From Sulfolobales archaeon (GTDB lineage: Archaea > Thermoproteota > Thermoprotei_A > Sulfolobales > NBVN01), in the NCBI GenBank assembly GCA_038844925.1, contig JAWBQY010000001.1, positions 152,629 through 216,628 on the forward strand: a stretch of DNA of 64,000 nt. The letters run 5' to 3'. The notes under the pieces are model-generated. The model worked only from the letters and a program-made list of their open reading frames with translations. It had not been told where the DNA came from and did no database searches. The position numbers were made by a program, and so were the translations under genes. Shown in pieces: positions 30,110 through 38,875 of the stretch (its first letter is position 1; every line of letters begins with the position of its first letter).

Positions 30110-30167
30110 TTAGATGATGAAGCTCGTAAGGGTTGATTAAGTGAACGTAACCAGGCTTCTGAACTAA
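30110..30167 (+). ncRNA. Candidate C/D box sRNA (2'-O-methylation guide)
   Basis: The layout is C box ATGATGA (30114-30120), a 12-nt guide, D' TTGA (30133-30136), a 3-4 nt spacer, degenerate C' (A)GTGAAC(G) (30140-30147), an 11-12 nt guide and D box CTGA (30159-30162). A 4-bp terminal stem forms between TTAG and CTAA. Spacing matches the canonical archaeal layout. A T-rich TATA-like stretch lies about 25-30 nt upstream. Confidence 0.45.
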
Positions 30168-30208
30168 TAGGTATCCTCAACCGATGGGGAAATCCCTCCA
30201 ACTATGGA

Positions 30209-30859
30209 CTACTTCAAGTAGTCCTCTAAAGTTCTATGCTTCCTGCCTAATTTCTTAACAGTCTTCCAACTCCTTCTAACTATTGGTGGTAAATCACTCC
30301 CGGAGGTTAAGACTTCCTCAACCCACCTAATGGTTCTAGGGTCTGAAGGATAGCCACTACCGAAGTCACCGTAGATAGCTTTTAAGTACTCAATATATTC
30401 ATCTCTTAAAACCTTCGCTACTATACTGGCAGCAGCTACAACTACGTACTTCTCATCAGCTTTATACTCAACAACTAATTTAACATCACCACGTAGTAAC
30501 TCTGATATAGAATCAATTATTTTCTGAGTGTTTGATGTCGAATCTACGTAAATCTCCGAAGGCCTTAACCCTAACGCGTAAGCCGTCCTAATAGAAGACC
30601 TAATAGCGTCTATAAATAATGAGCTAATATTACTTACGTCTATGACGTCTGGTGGGAACCTCCTAACAAATACGTATTTAGAATAGTGGATCACTACGTT
30701 GAAGAGCCTCCTCCTAGCAGTAGGTGATAACTTCTTACTATCCCTTATCCCGATGTCGGCTAAGACGTCTAAGTATTCGTTAAGTACGGCTACAGCCGCG
30801 ACGAACATATCTCCTATCAAGGGTCCCCTGCCAGCTTCATCAACACCTAGTACGAGCAA
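30209..30859 (-). CDS. rnhB: Ribonuclease HII
   Basis: 216 aa with the N-terminal GVDEAGRGPLIGDM catalytic motif. Confidence 0.9.
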   Translation of the reverse strand: MLVLGVDEAGRGPLIGDMFVAAVAVLNEYLDVLADIGIRDSKKLSPTARRRLFNVVIHYSKYVFVRRFPPDVIDVSNISSLFIDAIRSSIRTAYALGLRPSEIYVDSTSNTQKIIDSISELLRGDVKLVVEYKADEKYVVVAAASIVAKVLRDEYIEYLKAIYGDFGSGYPSDPRTIRWVEEVLTSGSDLPPIVRRSWKTVKKLGRKHRTLEDYLK

Positions 30860-30991
30860 TTACCCTACCCACTTAAAACGTATGTAGTTATTAATTAATA
30901 ATTAAACGTCAATAAGAACTCACACATCTAGTGAGTAGTTTCAGTTGTAAAGTATTTAGCTTATGAATGTAAATATCGTTGTGGAGGGGTA

Positions 30992-32188
30992 ATGGTAACT
31001 AACCTTCCTGCCGAGGCTAAAGCTAAGTGGGTAAAGTATTCAGATGCTAAAACACCTGAGGAGAAGTTAAAAGCCCTTCAGGAGTTCTTATCAGCTATCC
31101 CTAAGCATAAAGGTACTGAGAACCTCGTCCAGTGGGTTAGGAGAAGGATGGCCGAGCTTAGAGAGGAGATTGAGGAGAGAAAGGCTAAGAAGGTTGGAGG
31201 AGGTGGGCCTTCATTCTTTATCGAGAAAGAGGGTGTAGCACAGATACTCATCCTAGGGATGCCTTCAAGCGGTAAGAGCTCTATCCTGAGCATGTTAACA
31301 AATGCGAAGCCTCAAATAAGTGATACACCATTTACTACTAAGTTCCCTGTCCCAGGCATGCTTGCATATGAAGATATACAGTTCCAATTAGTTGAAGCGC
31401 CAGCCGTAGTTAAGGGAATATCAGAAGGTGCTATATGGTGGGGCTCACGTGTTTTAGGACTTGCAAGAAATGCAGATGCGTTAATGATAGTTATAGATTT
31501 AAGTAATGAGCCTCTCCACCAGTTAGAAACCATAGTACATGAGCTAAGCGAAGTTGGCATATACGTTATGAAACCTAGGGGTTATGCAGTCATAGAGAAG
31601 TCTAAAGCATATCAGAATGTAAGGGTTATAAACCTAGGCAAGCTAGTAAACTGTACTTTAGATGATGTTAGGAAGTTATTAGAGTCTTACAGGATCTACA
31701 ATGCGTTAGTAAAGATCTACGGTGAGGTAACTCTAGAAGATGTTGAAAGAAGTATTTTCGAGAATGTAACCTACAAACCTACTATAATCCTAGCGAATAA
31801 GTCAGACTTACTCGATCCTAAGACCTTAAGTGAATTAGTAGAAAGTATTAAAGTGAGATACCCTTCAATACCAGTGATTGCCACATCTGCTAAGACTGGG
31901 TATGGGTTAAGCGATGTACCCAGACATCTCTTTAAGATCCTCAACATCATAAGGATTTATGCTAAAGAACCCAATAACGAATTACCCTCCCCTAAACCAT
32001 TAGTACTTAAAGAGGGTGCAACAGTTATGGATGCCGTAAAAAACCTACGTAGTGAATTACTTCAATACTTTAAGTATGCGAGGATTTGGGGCCCATCCGC
32101 TAAATACCCAGGCGAGAGGGTTGGATTAGAGCATAGATTAATGGATGGCGATGTAATAGAAGTCCACACTAGGATCAAAGCTATTTAA
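30992..32188 (+). CDS. DRG/Obg-family GTPase with a C-terminal TGS domain
   Basis: 398 aa. It has G1 GMPSSGKSS, FTT in the switch region, NKSD (G4) and a C-terminal TGS-like segment. Confidence 0.8.
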   Translation: MVTNLPAEAKAKWVKYSDAKTPEEKLKALQEFLSAIPKHKGTENLVQWVRRRMAELREEIEERKAKKVGGGGPSFFIEKEGVAQILILGMPSSGKSSILSMLTNAKPQISDTPFTTKFPVPGMLAYEDIQFQLVEAPAVVKGISEGAIWWGSRVLGLARNADALMIVIDLSNEPLHQLETIVHELSEVGIYVMKPRGYAVIEKSKAYQNVRVINLGKLVNCTLDDVRKLLESYRIYNALVKIYGEVTLEDVERSIFENVTYKPTIILANKSDLLDPKTLSELVESIKVRYPSIPVIATSAKTGYGLSDVPRHLFKILNIIRIYAKEPNNELPSPKPLVLKEGATVMDAVKNLRSELLQYFKYARIWGPSAKYPGERVGLEHRLMDGDVIEVHTRIKAI

Positions 32189-32504
32189 GTTATTGTTAAA
32201 TACCTAATCTGACGTGCTATTCCTCTTTAACAACCAAGGAGATTATAGACTTTAAACTATCCTAACTTTAGTCAGCCTACATAGCAATTCATATATCACT
32301 CACTACAGTATTCCGAAATGCCTGGAGGATACATCCCAGCTAGATGGAGTCCTTCTCACTATGTAAGAGTTTCCAACATGAATGATGAGAAGTAGTAAAT
32401 GCTAAAGAATATCTGTTTAGGACATACGGTATTAAATAACCACTCAGAATATAAGCAGCTGACTCATTATATTAATTAGGGGAGTGCTTAGTAGGTGATG
32501 TCTG

Positions 32505-33020
32505 ATGAGTAATGTAGTACATTGTGAGATATGCGGTATGATGGTTGAGAGAAGTGCGTCGAAGATAGTATTTGTTGAAGGAGCCAGACTTGTTTTATGC
32601 CCATCATGTTATTCAAAAATTAATAAGAAGTTGACTTCGGAGCCGCTGAAGGTCTTACCTGAGGCTAAGAGGTCTGCGCAGCTTAACGTCCAGAGAAGTG
32701 TGAAGCCTAAGGAAGGTATTAGAGAGGACTTCGAGGTTGTTGACGACTTCGCAAGCAGGGTTAGAAATGCACGTGAGGCGCTTGGGTGGAGTCAGAAGGT
32801 ATTAGCTGAGGCTGTTAGGGAGAGTGAAAACGTCATTAAACGTATAGAGAGTGGTAGGTTAGTCCCCACTATAGAGTTGGCTAGGAGGCTTGAGAAAGTC
32901 CTCAACATAAAATTACTTGAGCCTATCGTAGATAGTGGTGAGCACTTAGTAACGACTGGTAAGAAGATACCTAAAGAACTTACTTTAGGTGATGTAGTTA
33001 ATATAAAGGAGAAGAAGTAA
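32505..33020 (+). CDS. Archaeal multiprotein bridging factor 1 (MBF1; Zn-ribbon plus XRE-type HTH)
   Basis: 171 aa with an N-terminal CEICG...CPSC ribbon and a C-terminal HTH RNAREALGWSQKVLAEAVRESENVIKRIESG. Confidence 0.8.
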   Translation: MSNVVHCEICGMMVERSASKIVFVEGARLVLCPSCYSKINKKLTSEPLKVLPEAKRSAQLNVQRSVKPKEGIREDFEVVDDFASRVRNAREALGWSQKVLAEAVRESENVIKRIESGRLVPTIELARRLEKVLNIKLLEPIVDSGEHLVTTGKKIPKELTLGDVVNIKEKK

Positions 33021-33037
33021 GGTAGGTACATACATTT

Positions 33038-34129
33038 ATGGATGGTAGTAACGTATTAGTAGTTGCCTTGAATGAGGATATCGATGAAGCGAAGACTTTA
33101 GTTGAGACTTTAGGCCTAAACGTAGTTGATGAGATTATCATTAAGGGTAAGAGAGTTGACACTAATTTCTACTTAAGTAAGGGTAAGTTAAACCTGCTGA
33201 AGGAGCTCATAGCCAGAAATAACATTAGTAAGGTATACATATATGATGAGTTAAAGCCCAGACATATAATAAACCTAATGAAGGAGTTGAAGGTTAGTGT
33301 AACTGATAGGATAGGACTCATACTTGAGATCTTCGCATTACATGCAGGTTCTAGAGAGGCTAAACTTCAAATAGAGATGCTTAGGCTAAAGCATGAACTG
33401 CCGTTGATTAAGGAATGGATCCGTAGGACTAAGTTAGGAGAATTACCAGGCTTCCTAGGTCCTGGAGGGTACGCAACTGATGCGTACTACTATAGCGTTA
33501 GGAGGAGGTATGCGAGGATTAAAGATGAACTTCTTAAGCTGAGGGAGAGGAGGAGTTTAGAAAGGGTTAAAAGGTCTAGCTACGGCTACCCACAGGTTGC
33601 TATATCAGGCTACACAAATGCTGGTAAGACAACATTATTTAACGTGCTGACAAATGAGTCAAAACCTGTTGGTAGGGGTATGTTTACAACCATATCTCCT
33701 AAGGTTAAAGGCGCGTTAATCAGTGACAGGAAGGTAATTTTCGTAGATACTGTTGGGTTTATAAGGAAGGTCCCCGCAGAGGTTATAGAGGCCTTCTATG
33801 CAACCCTTGAGGAAATAGCGGAATCCAACCTAACCATAGTTCTCTTAGACTCCACGGAAACTCTCAACATAATTACTGATAAGTTGAAGGCTTCCTTAGA
33901 AATTCTGAGTAGGATAGGCTACGTAGGTAAGCCAATAATAGTAGCGTTAAATAAGATTGACGTAATCAGTAGCAAGGAAGACCTTAACAGTAAGATAGAG
34001 GCCGTAGAGGACTTCCTAGACAGTAACTATCGGTGGGGGTGGAGGGTAATACCTTTATCAGCTCTTAAAGAAATAAACTTAGACCTCCTTAAGAAATGCA
34101 TCTTAGACTTCATAGAGATGAGCTTATGA
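33038..34129 (+). CDS. hflX: GTPase HflX
   Basis: 363 aa. It has an HflX N-terminal domain followed by GYTNAGKTTLFN (G1), DTVGF (G3) and NKID (G4). Confidence 0.85.
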   Translation: MDGSNVLVVALNEDIDEAKTLVETLGLNVVDEIIIKGKRVDTNFYLSKGKLNLLKELIARNNISKVYIYDELKPRHIINLMKELKVSVTDRIGLILEIFALHAGSREAKLQIEMLRLKHELPLIKEWIRRTKLGELPGFLGPGGYATDAYYYSVRRRYARIKDELLKLRERRSLERVKRSSYGYPQVAISGYTNAGKTTLFNVLTNESKPVGRGMFTTISPKVKGALISDRKVIFVDTVGFIRKVPAEVIEAFYATLEEIAESNLTIVLLDSTETLNIITDKLKASLEILSRIGYVGKPIIVALNKIDVISSKEDLNSKIEAVEDFLDSNYRWGWRVIPLSALKEINLDLLKKCILDFIEMSL

Positions 34130-34659
34130 AGGTATTCGTACTGAGGCTTGGTCACAGACCTACTAGAGATAAGAGGATAACAACGCATGTAGCTTTAACT
34201 GCTAGAGCATTCGGGGCAAGCGGGTTCGTATTAGCTAATGTCCATGACGAGAAGGTCGTAAAGTCTATTGAAAAGGTATGTAACACTTGGGGTGGTAAGA
34301 ACTTTAAAGTTTTGACTGGAGTGGACCCTATATCCTACATTAACGAGTGGAAGCGTAATGGAGGCCTAGTAGTGCATCTAACTATGTACGGCGTCCACGT
34401 AGATAAGGTAGTAAGTAATTTGAGATCCATAGGTAAGGACCTACTAGTTATTGTCGGAGCTGAGAAAGTGCCTGGCATAATCTACGAACTAGCTGACTAT
34501 AATGTCGCTATAGGGCATCAACCACATTCAGAGGTAGGGGCGCTTGCAGTATTCCTAGACAGGCTGTACGGCGGGGAGGAGTTATACTTTATTTACTCTG
34601 ATGCTAAGATTTGTATAGTACCTACTGAAAAGGGTAAGAGGGTGGTACGGCTTGAGTGA
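34126..34659 (+). CDS. tRNA (cytidine56-2'-O)-methyltransferase aTrm56 (SPOUT)
   Basis: MKVFVLRLGHRPTRDKRITTHVALTARAFGA is the conserved aTrm56 N-terminus. I place the start at ATG 34126, which overlaps the hflX stop (ATGA), rather than at the longer ORF-track start 34096. Confidence 0.8.
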   Translation: MKVFVLRLGHRPTRDKRITTHVALTARAFGASGFVLANVHDEKVVKSIEKVCNTWGGKNFKVLTGVDPISYINEWKRNGGLVVHLTMYGVHVDKVVSNLRSIGKDLLVIVGAEKVPGIIYELADYNVAIGHQPHSEVGALAVFLDRLYGGEELYFIYSDAKICIVPTEKGKRVVRLE

Positions 34660-35179
34660 GGAATTAGAAGACCTATTAAACCTTGTTAGGATGTTCTGCG
34701 GGGAGGTATGTGGCGAAGTATTTAAGACCCTACTTAAGAATCCTTCAGAATTTGTAGATGAGGAGTTGGCTTCAAAGATAAATATCAGCGTTAATGAGGT
34801 GAGGAGAGCTCTATATGACCTACAATCTCTTAGTATAGTAGCCTACCGTAGAGAACGAGATGAAAAAGACGGAAAATTCATATATTACTGGTATGCCGAT
34901 ATCGAACACTTAAACCAACTACTACTTCTTAGGAAGAAATCTGTCTTAAGGAGGCTTGAGGATAGATTGAAATTAGAGGAGGAGAACACCTTCTACGTCT
35001 GCCAGAATGATGATATAAGACTGCCATTCGATGAGGCTTTAGAGAACGACTTCCGATGCCCTCGATGCAATACGCCGTTGGAATTTATTGATAATGAGAA
35101 TATTAAGAAGGTGCTTAAGGAGCTGATCTCATGCCTCCAAGAGGAAATACTTAATGAGGAGAAAGCCCTCACTCGTTGA
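34652..35179 (+). CDS. tfe: Transcription factor E (TFE alpha)
   Basis: 175 aa. It has a winged-helix segment (INISVNEVRRALYDLQSLSIVAYRRE) and a zinc-ribbon segment (CQND...CPRCNTPL). The start is TTG and overlaps the upstream stop. Confidence 0.7.
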   Translation: MSEELEDLLNLVRMFCGEVCGEVFKTLLKNPSEFVDEELASKINISVNEVRRALYDLQSLSIVAYRRERDEKDGKFIYYWYADIEHLNQLLLLRKKSVLRRLEDRLKLEEENTFYVCQNDDIRLPFDEALENDFRCPRCNTPLEFIDNENIKKVLKELISCLQEEILNEEKALTR

Positions 35180-36125
35180 CCTATTTAGCGGTGCAGGAGG
35201 TTTTGGTAGGGGCTTCCTTGACGTAGGTTTTAACGTTATCCTTGCAGTAGATATTAATAAAGCAGCTGCGAGGAGTTATAAAGCAAATATCCCCACAGCA
35301 TTAGTCCTATGTGAAGATCTGAAAGACATAACATGCGATGATTTAAGATATATGATCGGTAAGTCCACTGTTGATGTAGTTATCGGTAGCCCGCCCTGTG
35401 AGCCCTTCACAGGTGCTAATAGTAGGCGTATGAAAGAACCTCTTGACAGACTTTATAAAGATCCTTTAGGGTCTTTAGTCCTCACGTTTGTAGGTATTGT
35501 AGGGTGCCTCCAACCTAAGGTATTTATAATGGAGAACGTTCCGGCAATACTTGAAGGTGACTTAAAATCCGCGTTAAATTACGAGTTTAAATCCGTAGGT
35601 TATAAAGTATTCTTTAACATACTACGAGCTGAGAAATATGGTAATCCCTCTAAGAGGGTGAGGGTTTTCATATCTAATATTCCTCTAAAACCTAAACCGG
35701 TTGGGAAAATAACTACGGTATTAGAGGCGATTAAAGACTTACCAGAACCGTCTGAAGAACCTATAATACCTAATCATGAACCTCCTCCAAACCTTAGCCT
35801 TAAGAAACTTAAAAGAGCTGTAAGACTTAAGTGGGGTTATGGTCTGACCATGTATGAAGGTGCGGATAAACTCATACCAAACCTAGTTAAGTTGAATCCC
35901 TACAACATCTCACCTACTGTTTTAGGATCTTCGAGATTTATTCATCCTTTCGAATATAGACTCTTAACAGTCCGTGAGCAAGCTAGGCTTATGAGCTTCC
36001 CAGACGACCACGTATTCCTTGGGAGTAAGGATGAGCAGTACAATCAAGTCGGTGAGGCGGTCCCATACGTATTATCGAAAGCGATAGCGGAGGAAGTACT
36101 TACATTTCTAAGCAATCACCCGTGA
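35154..36125 (+). CDS. DNA (cytosine-5)-methyltransferase family protein
   Basis: 323 aa with motif I DLFSGAGGFG, motif IV GSPPCEPFT, motif VI ENV, RLLTVREQARLMSFPD and motif X QVGEAVP. The start overlaps the tfe 3' end by 26 nt. No partner endonuclease is recognisable. Confidence 0.85.
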   Translation: MRRKPSLVDLFSGAGGFGRGFLDVGFNVILAVDINKAAARSYKANIPTALVLCEDLKDITCDDLRYMIGKSTVDVVIGSPPCEPFTGANSRRMKEPLDRLYKDPLGSLVLTFVGIVGCLQPKVFIMENVPAILEGDLKSALNYEFKSVGYKVFFNILRAEKYGNPSKRVRVFISNIPLKPKPVGKITTVLEAIKDLPEPSEEPIIPNHEPPPNLSLKKLKRAVRLKWGYGLTMYEGADKLIPNLVKLNPYNISPTVLGSSRFIHPFEYRLLTVREQARLMSFPDDHVFLGSKDEQYNQVGEAVPYVLSKAIAEEVLTFLSNHP

Positions 36126-36159
36126 TCGTATCATTTAAAGCGTCTTAAATTAATTAGCA

Positions 36160-36633
36160 GTGGTGGTGGGTATGGTTAAGGACTTAATCGTAGTAGCTAA
36201 TAATGCGTCAAGTCCTCAAAGACTAGTCGATATTGCTAAAGTGGTTTACAGCTTCGAATACTCTGAAATCGTTAACGCTTTAGTTATAACTAGGCCTACA
36301 GGGAGTGCGGCACAGGTAGGAATACCTGAAGTCAGTAAACTAGCATACAAGCTAGGCAAGTCGTTAATAATACTACCCTCAGTAAGCGATGCGGTAGAAC
36401 TGCTTAAACCTAGTAACGTATTCTTAATATATAAGGGGGATGATTCTAAACCACTTGAGACGGTTGAAATACCGAATAACTCCATGATAGTAGTTTCATG
36501 CAGTGATACTGGCTTCACTAAGAGTGAACTTGCTTTAGGTACTCACGTATTTCCAAGGTATTTCAACTCAGGAATAGGGCCGGTAGCAGAAGTCGCGTTA
36601 TCCCTATATATCATAGCGTTGAGGAGTCCTTAA
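36160..36633 (+). CDS. Hypothetical protein (possibly a small SPOUT-like fold)
   Basis: About 150-aa ORF. The C-terminal ...VVSCSDTGFTKSEL...GIGPVAEVALSLYII is reminiscent of SPOUT motif III. The assignment rests on pattern only. Confidence 0.3.
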   Translation: MVVGMVKDLIVVANNASSPQRLVDIAKVVYSFEYSEIVNALVITRPTGSAAQVGIPEVSKLAYKLGKSLIILPSVSDAVELLKPSNVFLIYKGDDSKPLETVEIPNNSMIVVSCSDTGFTKSELALGTHVFPRYFNSGIGPVAEVALSLYIIALRSP

Positions 36634-36645
36634 TAAGGAGGATTT

Positions 36646-37389
36646 CTAAGCACTTTCATCAGAGTCCTCAGAAACGCTGTCTGATGCTGGCTTACCGCAA
36701 TGTTTAAGCGTGAAGTAAATACTCTTAAACAGTCTATAAAGTACCCTGCCCTCAGCTTTCGTAATTAACGCTTTATACAGTACGTGCTTTAGGGCTATCT
36801 CAACATCAGATGCTTTCAACCCCAATGCCGTAGCTATTTCCTTAGCGTAGTTCACAATATAGTTTAACTGCTCTCTACTACTTAGATACCCATATACTGC
36901 CTGCTGAGGTTTCCTCACCCCTAATAACTCATAAAGCACTATAGCAACTGCATGGGATAGATTGAAGACGTTGTACTCGCTTCCCACATCTATGGTCATA
37001 ACTAAGTCACACCTCCCTAACTCACTTCGCGTTAGCCCAACACTCTCACGTCCAAATACTAATGCAAGTGAGTTGTAGTTAGAGGCAATGCTTACCATAT
37101 GTTTGAGACTTATTGATTGACGAATAACGTCTGACTCGACATCGTAGTATGAGGTAGTGCATACAGAAAGTTCTAAGTCCTTAAGGCATTCATCTAAACA
37201 CTTCGCAATTCTAACCTGTCCAGCTAACTCAGACCCCTTAGCTGCGAAGTTTAGAACTTCTTCGTCTAAGATGTTGAATTTAGGATTTACTACGCATATA
37301 TCATTTACGTTGAAATTCTTCGCTAACCTCAATATGAATCCCATGTTTATCCTACCTTCAGGCTCTACCAACACTATTCTTAACTTCAT
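36646..37389 (-). CDS. SpoU/TrmH-family RNA 2'-O-methyltransferase (TrmJ-like)
   Basis: 247 aa. It has the N-terminal LRIVLVEPEGRINMGFILRLAKNF and the SPOUT motifs LVFGRESVGL and NLSHAVAIVLYEL. Confidence 0.75.
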   Translation of the reverse strand: MKLRIVLVEPEGRINMGFILRLAKNFNVNDICVVNPKFNILDEEVLNFAAKGSELAGQVRIAKCLDECLKDLELSVCTTSYYDVESDVIRQSISLKHMVSIASNYNSLALVFGRESVGLTRSELGRCDLVMTIDVGSEYNVFNLSHAVAIVLYELLGVRKPQQAVYGYLSSREQLNYIVNYAKEIATALGLKASDVEIALKHVLYKALITKAEGRVLYRLFKSIYFTLKHCGKPASDSVSEDSDESA

Positions 37390-37411
37390 CTCACATACCG
37401 TAAGGTCTGAA

Positions 37412-38089
37412 CTACGTTATTAAGAACTTATCGTAGAGTTTTTTCAGATAGTTTATGAAGAGAGCGCCCCCCACATCTGGAGGAGGCTCTAGGAACAAGT
37501 AATATCTATCCCGACCTTGAATTTCGATTAGCACTCTATCAACGATTAGCTTGACAGGGTCTACGATCTTAGTCCGCTGCTGTAATTCCTCAAACGACTC
37601 GAAGCGCTTTTTCTTTCGCTCCTCAAGTATTAACCACATAGATTTCTTCCCAATGCCTGGTAGGAGTTCTAATGAGTGTAACTTCAACGTAACTGGTTCA
37701 GCAATATTGAAGAATTCTATGAACACCCATTCCTTATCCATGATGATCCTTCTAATAGCCTCTGGGAGATAGCTCTTAGCTACAGATGTTAGGTCATTAT
37801 ACGTCACAGTACCGCCCCATACGTAATCAACCTTATCCCTTAACTCCTTTTTAGAGAAGCTGACTAATACCCTCTCGCCCTGTGTTAAGTATATTCTGGG
37901 CTTAGGATGAAACTCTAATAATGTGAAGTACTTATCACCTACTGCCTGAGCTATTGGTTTAACTCTATGGGATGGGTGGTGCATATCGACTGGGTTACCA
38001 TTAGGTAAGAAATCAAGTACTATTGCATAGTCCTCTCTAAACACCCTTCTGTCGATATCTCTATGCTTAGGTGAGCTCAAATAAAACAC
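37412..38089 (-). CDS. DUF655-family predicted nucleic-acid-binding protein (OB plus HhH)
   Basis: 225 aa. EDYAIVLDFLPNGNP and the HhH-like LELLPGIGKK are present. It sits downstream of rpl21e-rpoF, the usual archaeal context. Confidence 0.6.
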   Translation of the reverse strand: MFYLSSPKHRDIDRRVFREDYAIVLDFLPNGNPVDMHHPSHRVKPIAQAVGDKYFTLLEFHPKPRIYLTQGERVLVSFSKKELRDKVDYVWGGTVTYNDLTSVAKSYLPEAIRRIIMDKEWVFIEFFNIAEPVTLKLHSLELLPGIGKKSMWLILEERKKKRFESFEELQQRTKIVDPVKLIVDRVLIEIQGRDRYYLFLEPPPDVGGALFINYLKKLYDKFLIT

Positions 38090-38104
38090 CGATTAATTCT
38101 TAAT

Positions 38105-38434
38105 TTAATGTCGGCAACAACTATTTAAAATCTCAAGGACTTCATTCAGTTCTTCAGTCTCGAACGTCCTACTTTCAAAATTAAGTAACGCTCTTACCTC
38201 ATCAATAGAACTGGGACAATTATTAACCAGCATTACGGCTGTTACTTCCTTTAAACCCAACTTACTAACTAATTCCTTAACGACTTCCCCACCAGAAACG
38301 CATTTAACCATTTTAGATGCATACTCGTAAACCCTTGAAACCATGTGGCTGAACTCTTCTTCAGACTCCATAAACTTCTTAAGTATTTCTACTACCTCAG
38401 AATATGTTAAATGCTTATACGACAGTAGCTCCAT
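38105..38434 (-). CDS. rpoF: DNA-directed RNA polymerase subunit F (Rpo4)
   Basis: 109 aa. Size, helical profile and position directly after rpl21e fit archaeal RpoF. Confidence 0.7.
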   Translation of the reverse strand: MELLSYKHLTYSEVVEILKKFMESEEEFSHMVSRVYEYASKMVKCVSGGEVVKELVSKLGLKEVTAVMLVNNCPSSIDEVRALLNFESRTFETEELNEVLEILNSCCRH

Positions 38435-38445
38435 ATTAAACCCTG

Positions 38446-38757
38446 CTAAGATTGTTTATGCGGTCTGAGATGTTCAGGCATAACATAAAGCAATTTCTTC
38501 TTATCTCCTAAAAACGTCTCCACAATATATGCCCTACCACACCTCCCAACTACGGTGGCTACCTTACCGAAGTACCTTCTATGAGGCATTCCTGAATGTA
38601 TTGCTGGATTTGGTATTATGCTGACCTTATCACCTACCTTATAATCTAACATAAGCACGCTTAAAGGTGGTACTGCCCCCCTCTCCCTCACATCCTTCCT
38701 TAGTAGGGCTCTCGTCTTATGCCTGAAGCCCTGAGATGCTTTAACCATTGTTGCCAC
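38446..38757 (-). CDS. rpl21e: 50S ribosomal protein L21e
   Basis: 103 aa. The sequences SQGFRHKTRALLRK and PNPAIHSGMPHRRYFGK are conserved L21e segments. Confidence 0.9.
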   Translation of the reverse strand: MATMVKASQGFRHKTRALLRKDVRERGAVPPLSVLMLDYKVGDKVSIIPNPAIHSGMPHRRYFGKVATVVGRCGRAYIVETFLGDKKKLLYVMPEHLRPHKQS

Positions 38758-38875
38758 CGACTACTCAAATATTTCTACATTTAAAGCTTATATAGGTTCT
38801 TATACTATATTCCTAAAAAGCTTTAAGTACTAATTCAACTAACACATGTAAGTCTGGATGAGAGATTATTATCAC

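Noticed and set aside
32382-32462. ATGATGA...CTGA pair upstream of the MBF1 gene as a second C/D box sRNA.
   Set aside because: The boxes are 70 nt apart, so the RNA would be 81 nt in total. No acceptable D' or C' boxes sit at 12-nt spacing, and only a 4-bp terminal stem forms. The geometry does not fit archaeal C/D sRNAs.
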